Counted from the first letter of the stretch, positions 45,277-56,086 are shown. The stretch is 64,000 bases of DNA from Minisyncoccota bacterium (GCA_041389045.1 JAWKSQ010000002.1:23898-87897), one strand, 5' to 3'. The notes: generated by a model not told the origin, from the sequence alone. Numbers and translations: made by a program.

Positions 45277-47739
45277 CTAGACGAACACTACACTAGCGAT
45301 AGCATCCCCTTCACGCATTTTCATGACCCGTACCCCTTGAGTCTGACGTCCAAGAGTTGGCACATCTTTAAGTGGAAGTTTAATCACCTGTCCTTTCTTA
45401 CTCATGATGACTAACTCCCTTCAGTACGCTCATCCTCCTTGAGGACAATACCGCAAACAATCGTACCAGTCTTACTAGTCACCTTAGCTGTCTTAATACC
45501 TGAACCGCCACGCTTTTGGACTTTATATTCTTTGGTTGGAGTGGTTTTACCGTAACCGTGCTGTGTCACTATCAAGATTTCATTATTCTTATCACCTTTA
45601 GTAATAACGTCAGCCGAAACCACCACATCATTCTTACCTAGACGTACCGCCGCTACTCCGCCGGCTGTACGACCCATTTGTCTAACATCGCTTTCTTTAA
45701 AGCGAATCGCTTGACCATTTAGCGTCACCAGTGACACCTCATCGCCTTTGCCAACAAAACGAGCCGAAATGAGTGAATCCTCTGGCTTAAGCGTGATAGC
45801 AATAAGCCCACTGCGCCTAACATCCTTAAAGGCTTCAGCGTCACATTTCTTAGCTACACCATTTTTGGTAATCATCATCAGGCTCCAGTCGCCGGCGTTA
45901 GCGTCTTTTCGTACTGCCAACACTGAAGTAATACTTTCCTCACTAGTGAGTGACAAAAAGTTCATGATTGATTTACCTTTGGTGGCACGACGGCCCTCAG
46001 GGATTTCAAACATCTTGCTCTGGTAGACCTTGCCCCGATTAGTGAAGAAGAGTAAGTCACTATGAGTAGATGTCGTTAGTAGAGTGGTGACTACGTCTTC
46101 TTCTTTGGTATTGAGGTCAATAACGCCAACCCCACCGCGTTTTTGTGTACGGTATTCACTTGGATTAGTTCGTTTGACGTATCCACCTTGAGTCAACACT
46201 AAAACACTCTCTTCATCTGGTACCAGGTCTTCCTGTGAAAGTTGCTTTACGCCACCCTTGACTATCTTGGTGCGACGATCGTCACCATACTTCTCAGCTA
46301 CTTCTAGCAGGTCGTCCTTAACGATCTTCATCATCTTCGCTTTACTCTTGAGAATGGCTTCTAGTTCACCAATGAGTTTCTTTAGTTCAGCCAGTTCGTC
46401 CTCAATCTTCTTGCGCTCTAGTCCAGCCAACTTCTGCAGACGCATATCCAAAATCGCCTGCGCTTGTAAAGCTGAGAATTTAAATTCTTTCATCAAAGAT
46501 GCGTGTGCGGTCGGCACGTCTTTCGCGGCCCGAATAAGCTTGATTATCTTATCGATATGATCGAGCGCCTTCTTGAGACCAAGCAAAATATGCTCACGGT
46601 CTTTAGCTTTACCGAGATCATACTCCGTGCGACGACGGATCACTTCCGCTCGGTGCTTAACGTATTCTTGCAGGATTACCTTAAGCGAAAGAGTTTGTGG
46701 TACACCATCTACCAAAGCCACCATGTTGTAGTGGAAAGTATCTTCAAGTGGTGTGTGCTTGTACAATTTATTTAAAACTGTCTGTGGTTGTGCACCAGCC
46801 TTCAGCTCGATAACAATCCGAATATCAGAAGTCGACTCGTCGCGCATGTCGCGGATACCCTCAATCTTCTTGTCACGAACTAAGTCAGCGATTTTTACTT
46901 GTAGCTCAGCCTTATTAACCCGATATGGAATCGAAGTAATAATAATGGCAAAGGCCCCTTTCTTATCTTCAACAATCTCGGCTTCCCCGCGCACTACTAC
47001 ACCACCTTTACCATTAGCATAGGCATGAGCAATGTCTTTTTGATTGAAAGCAATGGCACCAGTTGGAAAATCTGGACCCTTAACGAATTTTAGTAGATCA
47101 TCGGTTGAAGCATCAGGATTATCGACCAAGTGAGCTGTCGTTCAATTTCACCGCAAGTTGTGTGGAGGAATATTGGTGGCCATTCCTACCGCAATACCAA
47201 GTGAACCCATCATTAGTAAGTTGGGTACTGCTGAAGGAAGAACTACTGGTTCTTTTTGGTACCATCGAAGTTTGGTCGCCAGTCGACGTGTCTTTCTCTA
47301 AATCACGAAGCATTTCTTCGGCCAACTTCCGACATTTTTGCTTCAGTGTATCGATAAGCGCTGAGTCACCGTCAATCGAACAAAGTTTCCTTGCCCAAGT
47401 ACCAGCGGATAACGAGTTGAGAAGTCTTGCGCCAACTTAACCATCGCTTCGTAGACCGAAAGTCACCGTGCGGGTGCAAGCTACCAAGCACGTCTCCCAC
47501 TACCGTCGCTGACTTTTTTGAACTTAGCAGTTGAAGTTGATCATTTAACCTCATCGAATAGAAATACGACGATGTACTGGCTTCAAACCATCACGCACGT
47601 CAGGTAGCGCGCGAGCAGTAATAACCGACATAGCGTAATTTAGATACGCTGTCTCCATTTCATTGGTTATATCCTGAGCCACAACCCCACGATGTGGTGG
47701 CATTTCTGGTGTATCAGCAACAATTGTCTTTTTCGGCAT
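45277..47739 (-). pseudogene. gyrA: DNA gyrase subunit A, full span, interrupted by about 9 or more single-nt indels
   Basis: GyrA sequence is readable across frames: MPKKT...[99 protein letters not shown], then the intact 572-aa ORF. The last blade (VIMSKKGQVIKLPLKDVPTLGRQTQGVRVMKM) follows a GGG-run frameshift at 45417-19. Confidence 0.85.
45411..47129 (-). CDS. gyrA: DNA gyrase subunit A, largest intact ORF (C-terminal two-thirds)
   Basis: 572-aa ORF covering the tower/coiled-coil region and beta-pinwheel blades. Confidence 0.9.
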   Translation of the reverse strand: MVDNPDASTDDLLKFVKGPDFPTGAIAFNQKDIAHAYANGKGGVVVRGEAEIVEDKKGAFAIIITSIPYRVNKAELQVKIADLVRDKKIEGIRDMRDESTSDIRIVIELKAGAQPQTVLNKLYKHTPLEDTFHYNMVALVDGVPQTLSLKVILQEYVKHRAEVIRRRTEYDLGKAKDREHILLGLKKALDHIDKIIKLIRAAKDVPTAHASLMKEFKFSALQAQAILDMRLQKLAGLERKKIEDELAELKKLIGELEAILKSKAKMMKIVKDDLLEVAEKYGDDRRTKIVKGGVKQLSQEDLVPDEESVLVLTQGGYVKRTNPSEYRTQKRGGVGVIDLNTKEEDVVTTLLTTSTHSDLLFFTNRGKVYQSKMFEIPEGRRATKGKSIMNFLSLTSEESITSVLAVRKDANAGDWSLMMITKNGVAKKCDAEAFKDVRRSGLIAITLKPEDSLISARFVGKGDEVSLVTLNGQAIRFKESDVRQMGRTAGGVAAVRLGKNDVVVSADVITKGDKNNEILIVTQHGYGKTTPTKEYKVQKRGGSGIKTAKVTSKTGTIVCGIVLKEDERTEGS

Positions 47740-47829
47740 AGATTACGTTTTGCGCTGACTGTTAAATAATGGCGATTATAGCATAAAATATCCACAAATA
47801 ACACCTGGCTTGGCTGACATTATTCTGTA

Positions 47830-48280
47830 TCAGCTGTTTCTTCGACTACCTGGCGACTGGAGGTAGTAGCAATTTGTACTTCGATTTCTTCCGAAGGAGT
47901 TACCCTTTGTGTCTTCTCCCCTTCCACTGACTGTTGTAGTACTACTTGATTTACCCGCTTGGTCACTGATAGTTTCTTCAGTAAGGATGAAGTTGCGACT
48001 ATCTGGTAAAGTTTCGCTGGTAGTAGTGGCGGGAATTTCTTCTTTTATCGCTTCGGTAGCTGCCGCCCATTGTTCTTTGGTTTGCTTGATCAAATTAGAA
48101 AACGGTAGACTTTTTTCAGTTTCTGGGGCCGAAGATATCAAACCACCTTCTGGTGTTAAAAAACTAGTGTACAGCCAAACTACACCGATGCAGGCGGTAA
48201 AAAACCAGCCAAGGCCAAAGCGTACTGATTACGAACAGCTTGGACTGTCTTCTGACGTGACGGATAAAGGTAATAAGCAT
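47830..48280 (-). CDS. hypothetical membrane-anchored Ser/Thr-rich protein (frameshift near 48215)
   Basis: ATG at 48280 (MLITFIRHVRRQSK). The TM segment RFGLGWFFTACIGVVWLY is in the frame of ORF 47830-48141. Confidence 0.45.
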
Positions 48281-48383
48281 ATCAATTACATTGTACTACA
48301 GCGTCACTCTTAGGACCTAAAGCTTAAACCGTGAGCACCCTTACCTCTCCTTTCCATTTCCGACACATCTTTCTTCTTTAAAG

Positions 48384-48942
48384 TCAGTTTGTCATCGCTT
48401 TTTGGTCGTCGGAGCCGGTTTCTTTGAGGAAGGCCTTGAGCGCATTAGCGTCATAGTGCATTGGAATAATTAGCTTGGCCTCTAGCTTAACCGCCAACTT
48501 CGAAGCTTGTGGTACATCGAGCACATCTCCGCCACCAACTGGCACAAACAAAATTCGACATCACCAAATTCGCCTAAGATTTTTGGATCAATCTCAGCAC
48601 TACTAAGTGCGCAAGAAAGATCATATTAATGTCTTCCATACGCACCTGGTAAATAGTGTTATATCGCTCTACCTTGTCGTAGATAGTTTTGACGCCATAA
48701 CCCCGGGCCGTAACATTGCCGAACTCATATTCGCCTGGACCCCACACTTCAAACGGAGCCTTGCTACCATGAGTCACTTGTTCAACACCATTAAAATTTT
48801 CATGATTAAGTGAAATAAAGACAATGTCAGCCCCAAACTTAGCTGAGTCTAATTTTGATTTCTTTGCAATCGGATCAAATGCGATAGTGGTATCGCCAAA
48901 AGTAACTTTAAAAAACTGCCCGCCGTGATGTGTGATTACCAT
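48384..48942 (-). pseudogene. MBL-fold metal-dependent hydrolase (UPF0173-like) with 2 frameshifts
   Basis: MVITHHGGQFFKVTFGDTTIAFDP... matches the family. The C-terminal sequence ALSSAEIDPKILGEFGDVE / ILFVPVGGGDVLDVPQASKLAVKLEAKLIIPMHYD is readable only after frame changes near 48612 and 48556. Confidence 0.65.
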
Positions 48943-49060
48943 AATGCGAGTAGTATACGATATTCTTTAAAGAACAGGAAACCTTGACAAGAGTTTACAA
49001 AGTCATAATTCTAATGTACTTTGCTTGAGGATTTCATTCAACAACTTGAAGGAGTACGAA

Positions 49061-50005
49061 ATGACAAAACTCAGGGTTTATGCACCAAAAGAATCTTTGG
49101 ACCACAAAGGGTTTCCCTATTTTTCGGAAAGACCGGCTCGTTTCGAGGAATTACTGCAACTGTTTAAAGATTTGGAAATAGAGATTTCTACTTCCTCTAG
49201 CAGACAGGTCCGAGAAAATGTAGAACTGGCGCACTCCCGACCCTACGTAGACTTCGTTCAAAAAGTAAGTCAAATGGATCTCGTGCGGGCGACTTTTACA
49301 AACTGGACCAACAAATTTGTCCAATGTTATACGCGCATCTCCCCAGGCTCATACAACGCAGCCCTGAGTGCTACCGGTGCAGTCTGTCAGGCCGTAGATG
49401 ATGTTTTGACAGACAAAGCCAAACGTGGTTTTTGTGCCGTACGTCCTCCGGGTCACCATGCCGGACCTGTCCGAGGTGAAGGTTTCTGTATCTTCAACAA
49501 TGTGGCTATAGGAGCCCTATACGCACTTAAGCAGGGTCTCAAGCGGGTAGCAATCATCGACTTTGACAGACACCATGGCAACGGGACTGAGGATATAGTC
49601 TTATTTGAAGGTAAAGAAAAAGTGTTTTTTGTGTCTTCATTCCAGGAGGGGTGCAAGTACGCTTCACTAGGTCCTTTGGATGAAGTTTTCAGCCTTAGAG
49701 TACCCATACCGCAAAAAAGTGACTTTGCAGTAGTGCGTGAACTTTACCTGCAAAAAGTTGTTCCAGCTCTTGAACAGTTCAAGCCAGAACTACTACTCCT
49801 TTCCGCCGGATTTGATATGCATGTCGCTGACCCACTTACTAATCTTCGACTTGAAGCAAGTGATTACGGGGCACTGACGGACATTCTTGTCTCTATAGCT
49901 GACAAACACTGCAACGGGCGGATTGTGTCAGTACTAGAAGGAGGATATGAACTGGCCGCCTTAAGGGAATGTGTAAAGGAGCACTTGCAAGCACTGGCCC
50001 AATAA
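49061..50005 (+). CDS. histone deacetylase-family (acetoin utilization / acetylpolyamine amidohydrolase-like) protein
   Basis: Contains RPPGHHAG, GFCIFNNVAI, DFDRHHGNGTEDI and EGGY. A GAAGGAG RBS precedes ATG 49061. Confidence 0.85.
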   Translation: MTKLRVYAPKESLDHKGFPYFSERPARFEELLQLFKDLEIEISTSSSRQVRENVELAHSRPYVDFVQKVSQMDLVRATFTNWTNKFVQCYTRISPGSYNAALSATGAVCQAVDDVLTDKAKRGFCAVRPPGHHAGPVRGEGFCIFNNVAIGALYALKQGLKRVAIIDFDRHHGNGTEDIVLFEGKEKVFFVSSFQEGCKYASLGPLDEVFSLRVPIPQKSDFAVVRELYLQKVVPALEQFKPELLLLSAGFDMHVADPLTNLRLEASDYGALTDILVSIADKHCNGRIVSVLEGGYELAALRECVKEHLQALAQ

Positions 50006-50006
50006 T

Positions 50007-50060
50007 CAGCCCCAGTAACGAGAACACTCCAGTGTTCTCGTTACTGGGGCTGTTTTCTTC
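50007..50060 (+). terminator. rho-independent terminator (22-bp stem)
   Basis: CAGCCCCAGTAACGAGAACACT-CC-AGTGTTCTCGTTACTGGGGCTG followed by TTTTCTTC. Confidence 0.85.
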
Positions 50061-50232
50061 TTTACTCCATGTACTATAAAACTCTGGACAGTCACCATAT
50101 ATGTGCTATATTTTCCTCACCTTCAAAGGTATTTATTAGTTCCTAGCGACACACGTTAACCCTGTACTGAAGCACACGGCCACGAGACACGGCAGTACAG
50201 ACGCGCGTCGTCGGAATAACCAGACAAATTAT

Positions 50233-51357
50233 ATGTCAGAAAGCACTGTCGTTGCTGAAAGCAACACAAATGACACCGGAAACGGCGTCATGTCGTCATT
50301 TATTAATAACACTCCAGCGGCTCCGAAAGAGGGTCAGTTGATTGAGGGTACTGTCTCAGCTGTTGGCCGAGCACGCGTTTTTGTAGACCTACCACCTTTT
50401 GGTACAGGTCTTATTTATGGTCGTGAGTATATGAATGCTCGCGATATTTTGCGAAAAGTCTCTGTCGGCGACACTATCGCAGCTAAGGTAGTAATGCCAG
50501 AAAACGAAGATGGCTACATTGAACTTTCACTCAAGGAAGCTCGCCAAGCTCTAATTTGGGCTGACGCTGAAGAAGCGGTCAAGCGTGGTACTGTACTTAG
50601 TCTACAAGTTAAGGAAGCTAACAAGGGTGGACTTATCATCGAATGGCAAGGTATCCGAGGCTTCCTACCAGCTTCCCAACTTTCAGCTGACAACTACCCT
50701 CGAGTAGCTGATGGTGACAAGGATAAGATCCTGGTTGCTCTCAATGAACTCATTGGCAAAAACCTTAGTGTTGTGATGATCACCGCTGATCAAAAAGAAC
50801 ACAAGCTAATCTTCTCTGAAAAGGGTCTCCAGGAAAAGGAAGAGAAAGAAGAGAAAGTTGGTAAGTACGAAGTAGGTGATGTACTGACTGGAGAAGTGAC
50901 TGGTGCCGTGGACTTTGGTATTTTCGTGAAGGTTGAACAAGGTCTTGAAGGTCTAGTACACATTTCTGAACTAGACTGGGGCCTAGTAGAAGACACTCGG
51001 TCTCTATATAAGGTTGGTGATAAGGTAAAAGTTAAAGTTATCGAAGTGAAGGATGACCAAATCTCACTCTCTATCAAGCAACTAAAGGAAAACCCATGGG
51101 TAGAAGCTAGTCGCAAGTTTAAGAAGGACCAAATCGTCGAAGCGGTAGTCATCAAGTACAACCGTCACGGTGCCCTAGCCTCTATCGAGGAAGGTGTAGC
51201 TGGTTTGGTTCATATCTCAGAATTTGAGAAGGAAGAACAACTAAAGACCACTCTATCACTTGGTAATGTCTACAAGTTCAAGATCACTCTCTTTGAACCA
51301 AACGAACAAAAGATGACACTCTCATACAAAGCTGCTAACGAGGAAGCAACTGCGTAA
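50233..51357 (+). CDS. rpsA: 30S ribosomal protein S1 (four S1 domains)
   Basis: Repeated S1 OB-fold motifs (G.V..V....vFVDL, GFLPASQL, GLVHISEL, GLVHISEF). Confidence 0.85.
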   Translation: MSESTVVAESNTNDTGNGVMSSFINNTPAAPKEGQLIEGTVSAVGRARVFVDLPPFGTGLIYGREYMNARDILRKVSVGDTIAAKVVMPENEDGYIELSLKEARQALIWADAEEAVKRGTVLSLQVKEANKGGLIIEWQGIRGFLPASQLSADNYPRVADGDKDKILVALNELIGKNLSVVMITADQKEHKLIFSEKGLQEKEEKEEKVGKYEVGDVLTGEVTGAVDFGIFVKVEQGLEGLVHISELDWGLVEDTRSLYKVGDKVKVKVIEVKDDQISLSIKQLKENPWVEASRKFKKDQIVEAVVIKYNRHGALASIEEGVAGLVHISEFEKEEQLKTTLSLGNVYKFKITLFEPNEQKMTLSYKAANEEATA

Positions 51358-51375
51358 GTAAAGGTAACGATAAAC

Positions 51376-51412
51376 AATAAAGGCCCGAGCTTTGCTCGGG
51401 CCTTTATTGTTT
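51376..51412. terminator. bidirectional terminator between rpsA and pth
   Basis: AATAAAGGCCCGAGC-TTT-GCTCGGGCCTTTATT. Confidence 0.85.
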
Positions 51413-51432
51413 CCTGCCAAAACCTACCTAAA

Positions 51433-52017
51433 CTAATTAAACTTATTCATCGCCATAGGTAAACCGTGTTTCACCCAAACCTCTAAGGCTGAGGATACTT
51501 GTAGACCTATCTCCCCGACCACCTTTTCTTCTTTAGAGGTAAATTTACCAAGAACAAACTTAGGTAACTTCTCTCCCTGAGGACGCTTAATCTTTCCAGT
51601 AAAAAAACTAGTTGGGGAAATACCAATCCGCATCCGAGCAAAATCTTTAGTGCCTAAATGCTCGACAATTGAACGAATACCATTATGACCACCGTGCCCA
51701 CGTCCAGAGGAAAGCTTTATTTCACCAAGTGGTAAATCCACCTCATCTTGAAGCACTATTAGCTCTGCGGACGGATTTTGCAGACCCAGCTTCTTTGTTA
51801 CCACCCCAGAATGATTCATATAGGTGTCTGGATAAAGAATCATGACAGACTCACCAGCGATTTCCCCACTACTAATACGGGCTTGGTATTTAGCATTAAA
51901 AACCAGCTCTGAAAAACCTAATTTAGCAATTAAGATGTCTGCACACAGCCAACCAACGTTGTGTCTGGTTTTGGCGTATTCGGGACCAGGGTTACCAAGC
52001 GCTACGACGTACTTCAT
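51433..52017 (-). CDS. pth: peptidyl-tRNA hydrolase
   Basis: Contains LGNPGPEYAKTRHNVGW and GHGGHNGIRS. Confidence 0.95.
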   Translation of the reverse strand: MKYVVALGNPGPEYAKTRHNVGWLCADILIAKLGFSELVFNAKYQARISSGEIAGESVMILYPDTYMNHSGVVTKKLGLQNPSAELIVLQDEVDLPLGEIKLSSGRGHGGHNGIRSIVEHLGTKDFARMRIGISPTSFFTGKIKRPQGEKLPKFVLGKFTSKEEKVVGEIGLQVSSALEVWVKHGLPMAMNKFN

Positions 52018-52228
52018 GTGTTATGTATTGTACATGAGAAATATAAATTATGTTGTAGTTAGTGAAATTTTTTCAAATTGAAAAAAATTTCACCTAACTA
52101 GACCATTTAACGTCTCCGAATAAACATTTTTTGAAAAATTTGTTTTTCATTTTTATTCACGTATAATACTCACAACGTAGTGTTATGAACATGTTCTCTA
52201 GAAAACAAAATCTGCAGAAGAAGACCCT

Positions 52229-52843
52229 TTGGTATTACCGGAGATTAGTGAAGCAGAAACCCCTACTCCAGAGCCGGTTCAAAAAGAAAACACTTTAGTT
52301 GAAATTTTCCGTTTTTCAATTATCGCTCTACTAATAGTCATCCCAATCCGGACATTTATTGCCCAACCATTCATCGTGTCTGGCGCTTCGATGGCCGAAA
52401 CTTTTCATACTGGTGAGTATTTAATCGTTGACCAGGTTAGTTATCATCTAAACGACCCTAAACGTGGCGACGTAATCATATTTCGATACCCTAAGGACCC
52501 TTCTAAGTTCTTTATCAAGCGTATTATCGGCTTACCAGGAGACACTATCCAAATCGAAGACACCACCGTCACTATTACTAACGAAGCTCACCCAGAAGGG
52601 TTCGTTCTAAATGAACCTTACGTTCATTCCATGCGCTCCAATAGCTATTTAGAGGAAACTTTAGGCGACCGCGAGTACTTCGTGATGGGCGATAACCGTG
52701 ACGAAAGTTCCGACTCTAGAATGTGGGGAGTCTTGCAAGAAGAACGCATTATCGGTCGCGCTTTCCTGCGACTCTTTCCACCCAGCGTAGCCGAGATTTT
52801 GCCTGGAGCAGTCGACATTGACGTTATCAGCGAAGTTAAATAA
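52229..52843 (+). CDS. lepB: signal peptidase I
   Basis: Contains SGASMAETF (the Ser box), GDVIIFRYP, IKRIIGLPGD and GDNRDESSDSR. The true start may be ATG 52185, with a 1-nt indel near 52220-52225. Confidence 0.9.
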   Translation: MVLPEISEAETPTPEPVQKENTLVEIFRFSIIALLIVIPIRTFIAQPFIVSGASMAETFHTGEYLIVDQVSYHLNDPKRGDVIIFRYPKDPSKFFIKRIIGLPGDTIQIEDTTVTITNEAHPEGFVLNEPYVHSMRSNSYLEETLGDREYFVMGDNRDESSDSRMWGVLQEERIIGRAFLRLFPPSVAEILPGAVDIDVISEVK

Positions 52844-52859
52844 CCACACGGTAAAAGCT

Positions 52860-54035
52860 ATGAAATACTCAACCACCGATTTTCTAAAAGTAGCCACCAA
52901 CACCGCTGAGCATTTTGGTTTCCGAACTGCTGATAAACTAAAAAAAGACCCCGCTTGTCGCAATTGCGAAGTGGGACTATCTCATTCCATTGGTCTTGAA
53001 GACACCAAACTCGATCTACATGGTGGTATCTGGCCGAATTCCGTCGCTACCTTCTGTGACCAAAATCTTCACGCCCTAAACGCTCCTGTCCTCCTCTATT
53101 CTCTAGAACCTATCGAAGGTACTGGCGACACTGCTTTAACGCTCAATATTTTTAATGTCCAAAAAAGCATCGCCGAAGCGATTCTCATCCAAGCTTGTCG
53201 TTCATTACTAACCGAACTCGGTCACGAGGATCATTTGGTTCGCATCAACTCTCTTGGCGACAGCGAATCTAGTGTCCGTTATGCCAGAGAACTGACAACC
53301 TTCTTACGTAAGCGCCTAGAAGTCATGCCGTCTTCCTCTCGCGAACTCATGAAGCAACATCCCTTACTAGCGTTAATGGACCTAGTTGCGCAAGAACACG
53401 AACTGGCACACAAAAGCCCTAATCCACTGGAATTTTTAAGTGACCAAAGCCGTAAGCACTTCCGTGAAATCGTAGAGTACCTAGACATGAGTGAAGCACC
53501 ATACGAAATTGACCCAAAGATGATTGGTCATCATGAATATTATTCTGACGCCCTTTTCTCTATCGAGAACCTCACTCCAACCGAAGATGAAGCAAATAGC
53601 ATCATGGCGCGCGGTGGCCGATTTGATGAATTTTTCTACCGCAAAACTAAAAGCAAGACTCCAGCCGTCGGTGCTGTTGTCACCCTGAAAAATAACAAAC
53701 CAGTGGCTCGCATGCCTAAATCAAAATACTCACCTTCTTCTGTTTATGTCGTGCAGTTAGGTTTTGGACCAAAGATGCGTAGCCTCATGATCATAGACGA
53801 GCTCAGAAGAGCTGGAATCGCTGTAGAACATGACTTAGCGAGTGATTCGCTCTCTGCGCAATTACGTGAAGCTGAAGCTCGTGGCGCCCGCTATACAGTC
53901 ATTATTGGCCAAAAGGAATTTGTTGAACAGAGTGTCATCCTGCGTGACATGAAAGAGCGTAACCAAGAACAAATTAGTATCGACAATATGGTCAAAAAGC
54001 TAAAACGCCAACAAACTTCATCTTTGCGAGTTTAA
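52860..54035 (+). CDS. histidyl-tRNA synthetase paralog with divergent catalytic N-terminus (HisZ-like?)
   Basis: The HisRS-like core INSLGD, GGRFDEF (for GGRYD) and a C-terminal anticodon-binding-like domain are recognisable. I could not find the motif-2 RYERPQ-type sequence. Confidence 0.6.
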   Translation: MKYSTTDFLKVATNTAEHFGFRTADKLKKDPACRNCEVGLSHSIGLEDTKLDLHGGIWPNSVATFCDQNLHALNAPVLLYSLEPIEGTGDTALTLNIFNVQKSIAEAILIQACRSLLTELGHEDHLVRINSLGDSESSVRYARELTTFLRKRLEVMPSSSRELMKQHPLLALMDLVAQEHELAHKSPNPLEFLSDQSRKHFREIVEYLDMSEAPYEIDPKMIGHHEYYSDALFSIENLTPTEDEANSIMARGGRFDEFFYRKTKSKTPAVGAVVTLKNNKPVARMPKSKYSPSSVYVVQLGFGPKMRSLMIIDELRRAGIAVEHDLASDSLSAQLREAEARGARYTVIIGQKEFVEQSVILRDMKERNQEQISIDNMVKKLKRQQTSSLRV

Positions 54036-54077
54036 GCTTGCACACTTCCGCCCTTAATGCTATGCTCTTGGCCACAT

Positions 54078-54323
54078 ATGGCAATAAACGTTCAAGTCGA
54101 AAAGAACACTAACGAAAGTAGCGCAAACGTTATTAGACGCTTTACTAAGCGTGTTCAGGGCGCTGGTATCATCCAGAAAGTTCGCGGAAGTCGTTACTAC
54201 AGTCGCACCAAGAGTGGTAACGTGAAGCGGGCTGCAAAGCTAAAAAAGTTAGTTAAGAAAGTTACTTACGAGAAACTTCTCAAACTCGGAAAGATCAAAG
54301 AACAAAAATCCTTCCGTCGCTAA
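54078..54323 (+). CDS. rpsU: 30S ribosomal protein S21
   Basis: Contains MAINVQVEKN...IRRFTKRVQGAGIIQKVRGSRYYSRTKS..KRAAKLKK. Confidence 0.75.
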   Translation: MAINVQVEKNTNESSANVIRRFTKRVQGAGIIQKVRGSRYYSRTKSGNVKRAAKLKKLVKKVTYEKLLKLGKIKEQKSFRR

Positions 54324-54388
54324 CAAGCAACAAAACTTCTCTACTTCGAGGAGTTTTGTTTTTTATAGCCGTGTGTCATACTGAGAAA

Positions 54389-54775
54389 ATGCACGAACCG
54401 GCTTTTATCTTGTCTAGTACTATTAAATCGTATCCGAAGTTTCCCTATGAGGAAATGAAAGACGCCGTACTAGGTAAAAAATACCAACTTTCACTCAACT
54501 TCATCGGTACTAAACGTGCCCAAACTCTCAACCAAGCCTACCGCCAAAAAACCTACATACCTGATGTGCTCTCTTTTCCTTTATCAGACTCTCAGGGTGA
54601 AATTTATCTTTGTCCACAAATAACTTTTAAGGAAGCTCACAAATATCATCTCTCCAAAGACGGCTTTATCGCTTTTCTGTTTATCCACGGTTTATTACAT
54701 TTGAAAGGACACGACCATGGCGCTACAATGGAGTCACTAGAAAGACGTTTCGTTAAACGTTTTAATATTACGTAG
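54389..54775 (+). CDS. ybeY: rRNA maturation RNase YbeY
   Basis: Zinc motif HGLLHLKGHDH. Confidence 0.9.
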   Translation: MHEPAFILSSTIKSYPKFPYEEMKDAVLGKKYQLSLNFIGTKRAQTLNQAYRQKTYIPDVLSFPLSDSQGEIYLCPQITFKEAHKYHLSKDGFIAFLFIHGLLHLKGHDHGATMESLERRFVKRFNIT

Positions 54776-54783
54776 TAGCAATT

Positions 54784-55953
54784 ATGGCAGATCACATTAT
54801 TACAGGTATAGATGTCGGCACCTATCAAGTGAAGGTGGCTATTGCGCGAGTCCAAAGACGCAAGGGTGAACGAGTCATTCCTGAAATAATCGGTACTGGT
54901 TATGCTGAAAGTCGTGGTCTTAAAAGTGGTTTCATCATGCAGGAAGCTGACGTAGCGAGAAGTATTAAAAGCGCTATCGCTCAAGCGGAAAAAAGTGCTG
55001 GTGTTTTGGTCAAAAAGGCTCATATCGCTATTGGTAGTATTGGCTTAGAAGAGACCTATTCCCGAGGGGAAATTATCCCAACTAGAGCTGACTCCGAAAT
55101 TACTATCGCCGACTTGGAGAAAGTAATGCAGGACAGTGAAGACCGTATCATTGACCACATTCCCAATCGAAAAATCCTTCATAGTATTCCTCTACGCTAC
55201 ACCGTCGACGGTACCGAAGTTCTCGGTCGACCACAAGGCATGCGAGGTACTAAACTTGAAGTTGACTCCCTCTTCATCACTACCTACGAACAACATGTCA
55301 ACGATTTGATTGCTACGATTGAAAGTATCGGCGTGTATGTCGAAGATGTTATCGCTTCCCCACTAGCAGCTAGTTTCGTCATGTTAAGTAAGGTACAAAA
55401 GAGCTGGTTGTATCCTAGCCAACGTCGGTGCCGAAAAACCACCTCCATCGTCGTCTTCGAAGACTCAACTCCTATTTCACTACGCATCTATCCTGTTGGC
55501 TCCAATGACATCACAAACGACATTGCCCTTGGTCTAAAGGTCCCTTCGAGGAAGCGGAAAAATCAAGCGTGGTGGTATGACCAGTGCCACCTTCTCCAAG
55601 AAGCGTTTGGACGAAATCATCAACAATCGCCTAACTGCTATTTTTACTCTGATTGATACCCAACTAAAGAAGATTAAGCGTGACGGACTATTACCGGCCG
55701 GTATCATTCTTACTGGTGGTGGATCGAACATTCACTCTATAACTGAAATTGCCAAAACTACTCTTTTCCTTACCAGCTAGAACCGCCACTCTCGAAATCG
55801 GCAAAAATTACCAAAGTAAAAGACGCCTCTTGGGCGGTCGCCTACGGCCTCTGTATGTGGGGAGCCAGTGATACTGAAGAGTCATCTACCATCGGTGCCG
55901 TCAAGCAAACTAAGCACGGAATCTTGTCTTGGCTTAACCAGTTTTTGCCTTAA
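54784..55953 (+). pseudogene. ftsA: cell division protein FtsA, interrupted by about 4 or more indels
   Basis: The N-terminus is intact to about 55390. After that KVQK|ELGCILANVGAE|TTSIVVFED, MTSATFSKKRLDEIINNRL...GIILTGGGSNI and KVKDASWAVAYGLCMWG are readable in different frames. The first compensating pair lies at the A-runs 55393 and 55433. Confidence 0.85.
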
Positions 55954-56086
55954 TTCTTATATAGTGTCAAGCACACAAAGACGCATGTGTCAATATCGTG
56001 ACATATGTATAAGTTACCTGTATGATTACAGAGCTTATTAATTACGGTACTCAGGGGTGGGTACGAAGGTTGTTTAATACGAATTT

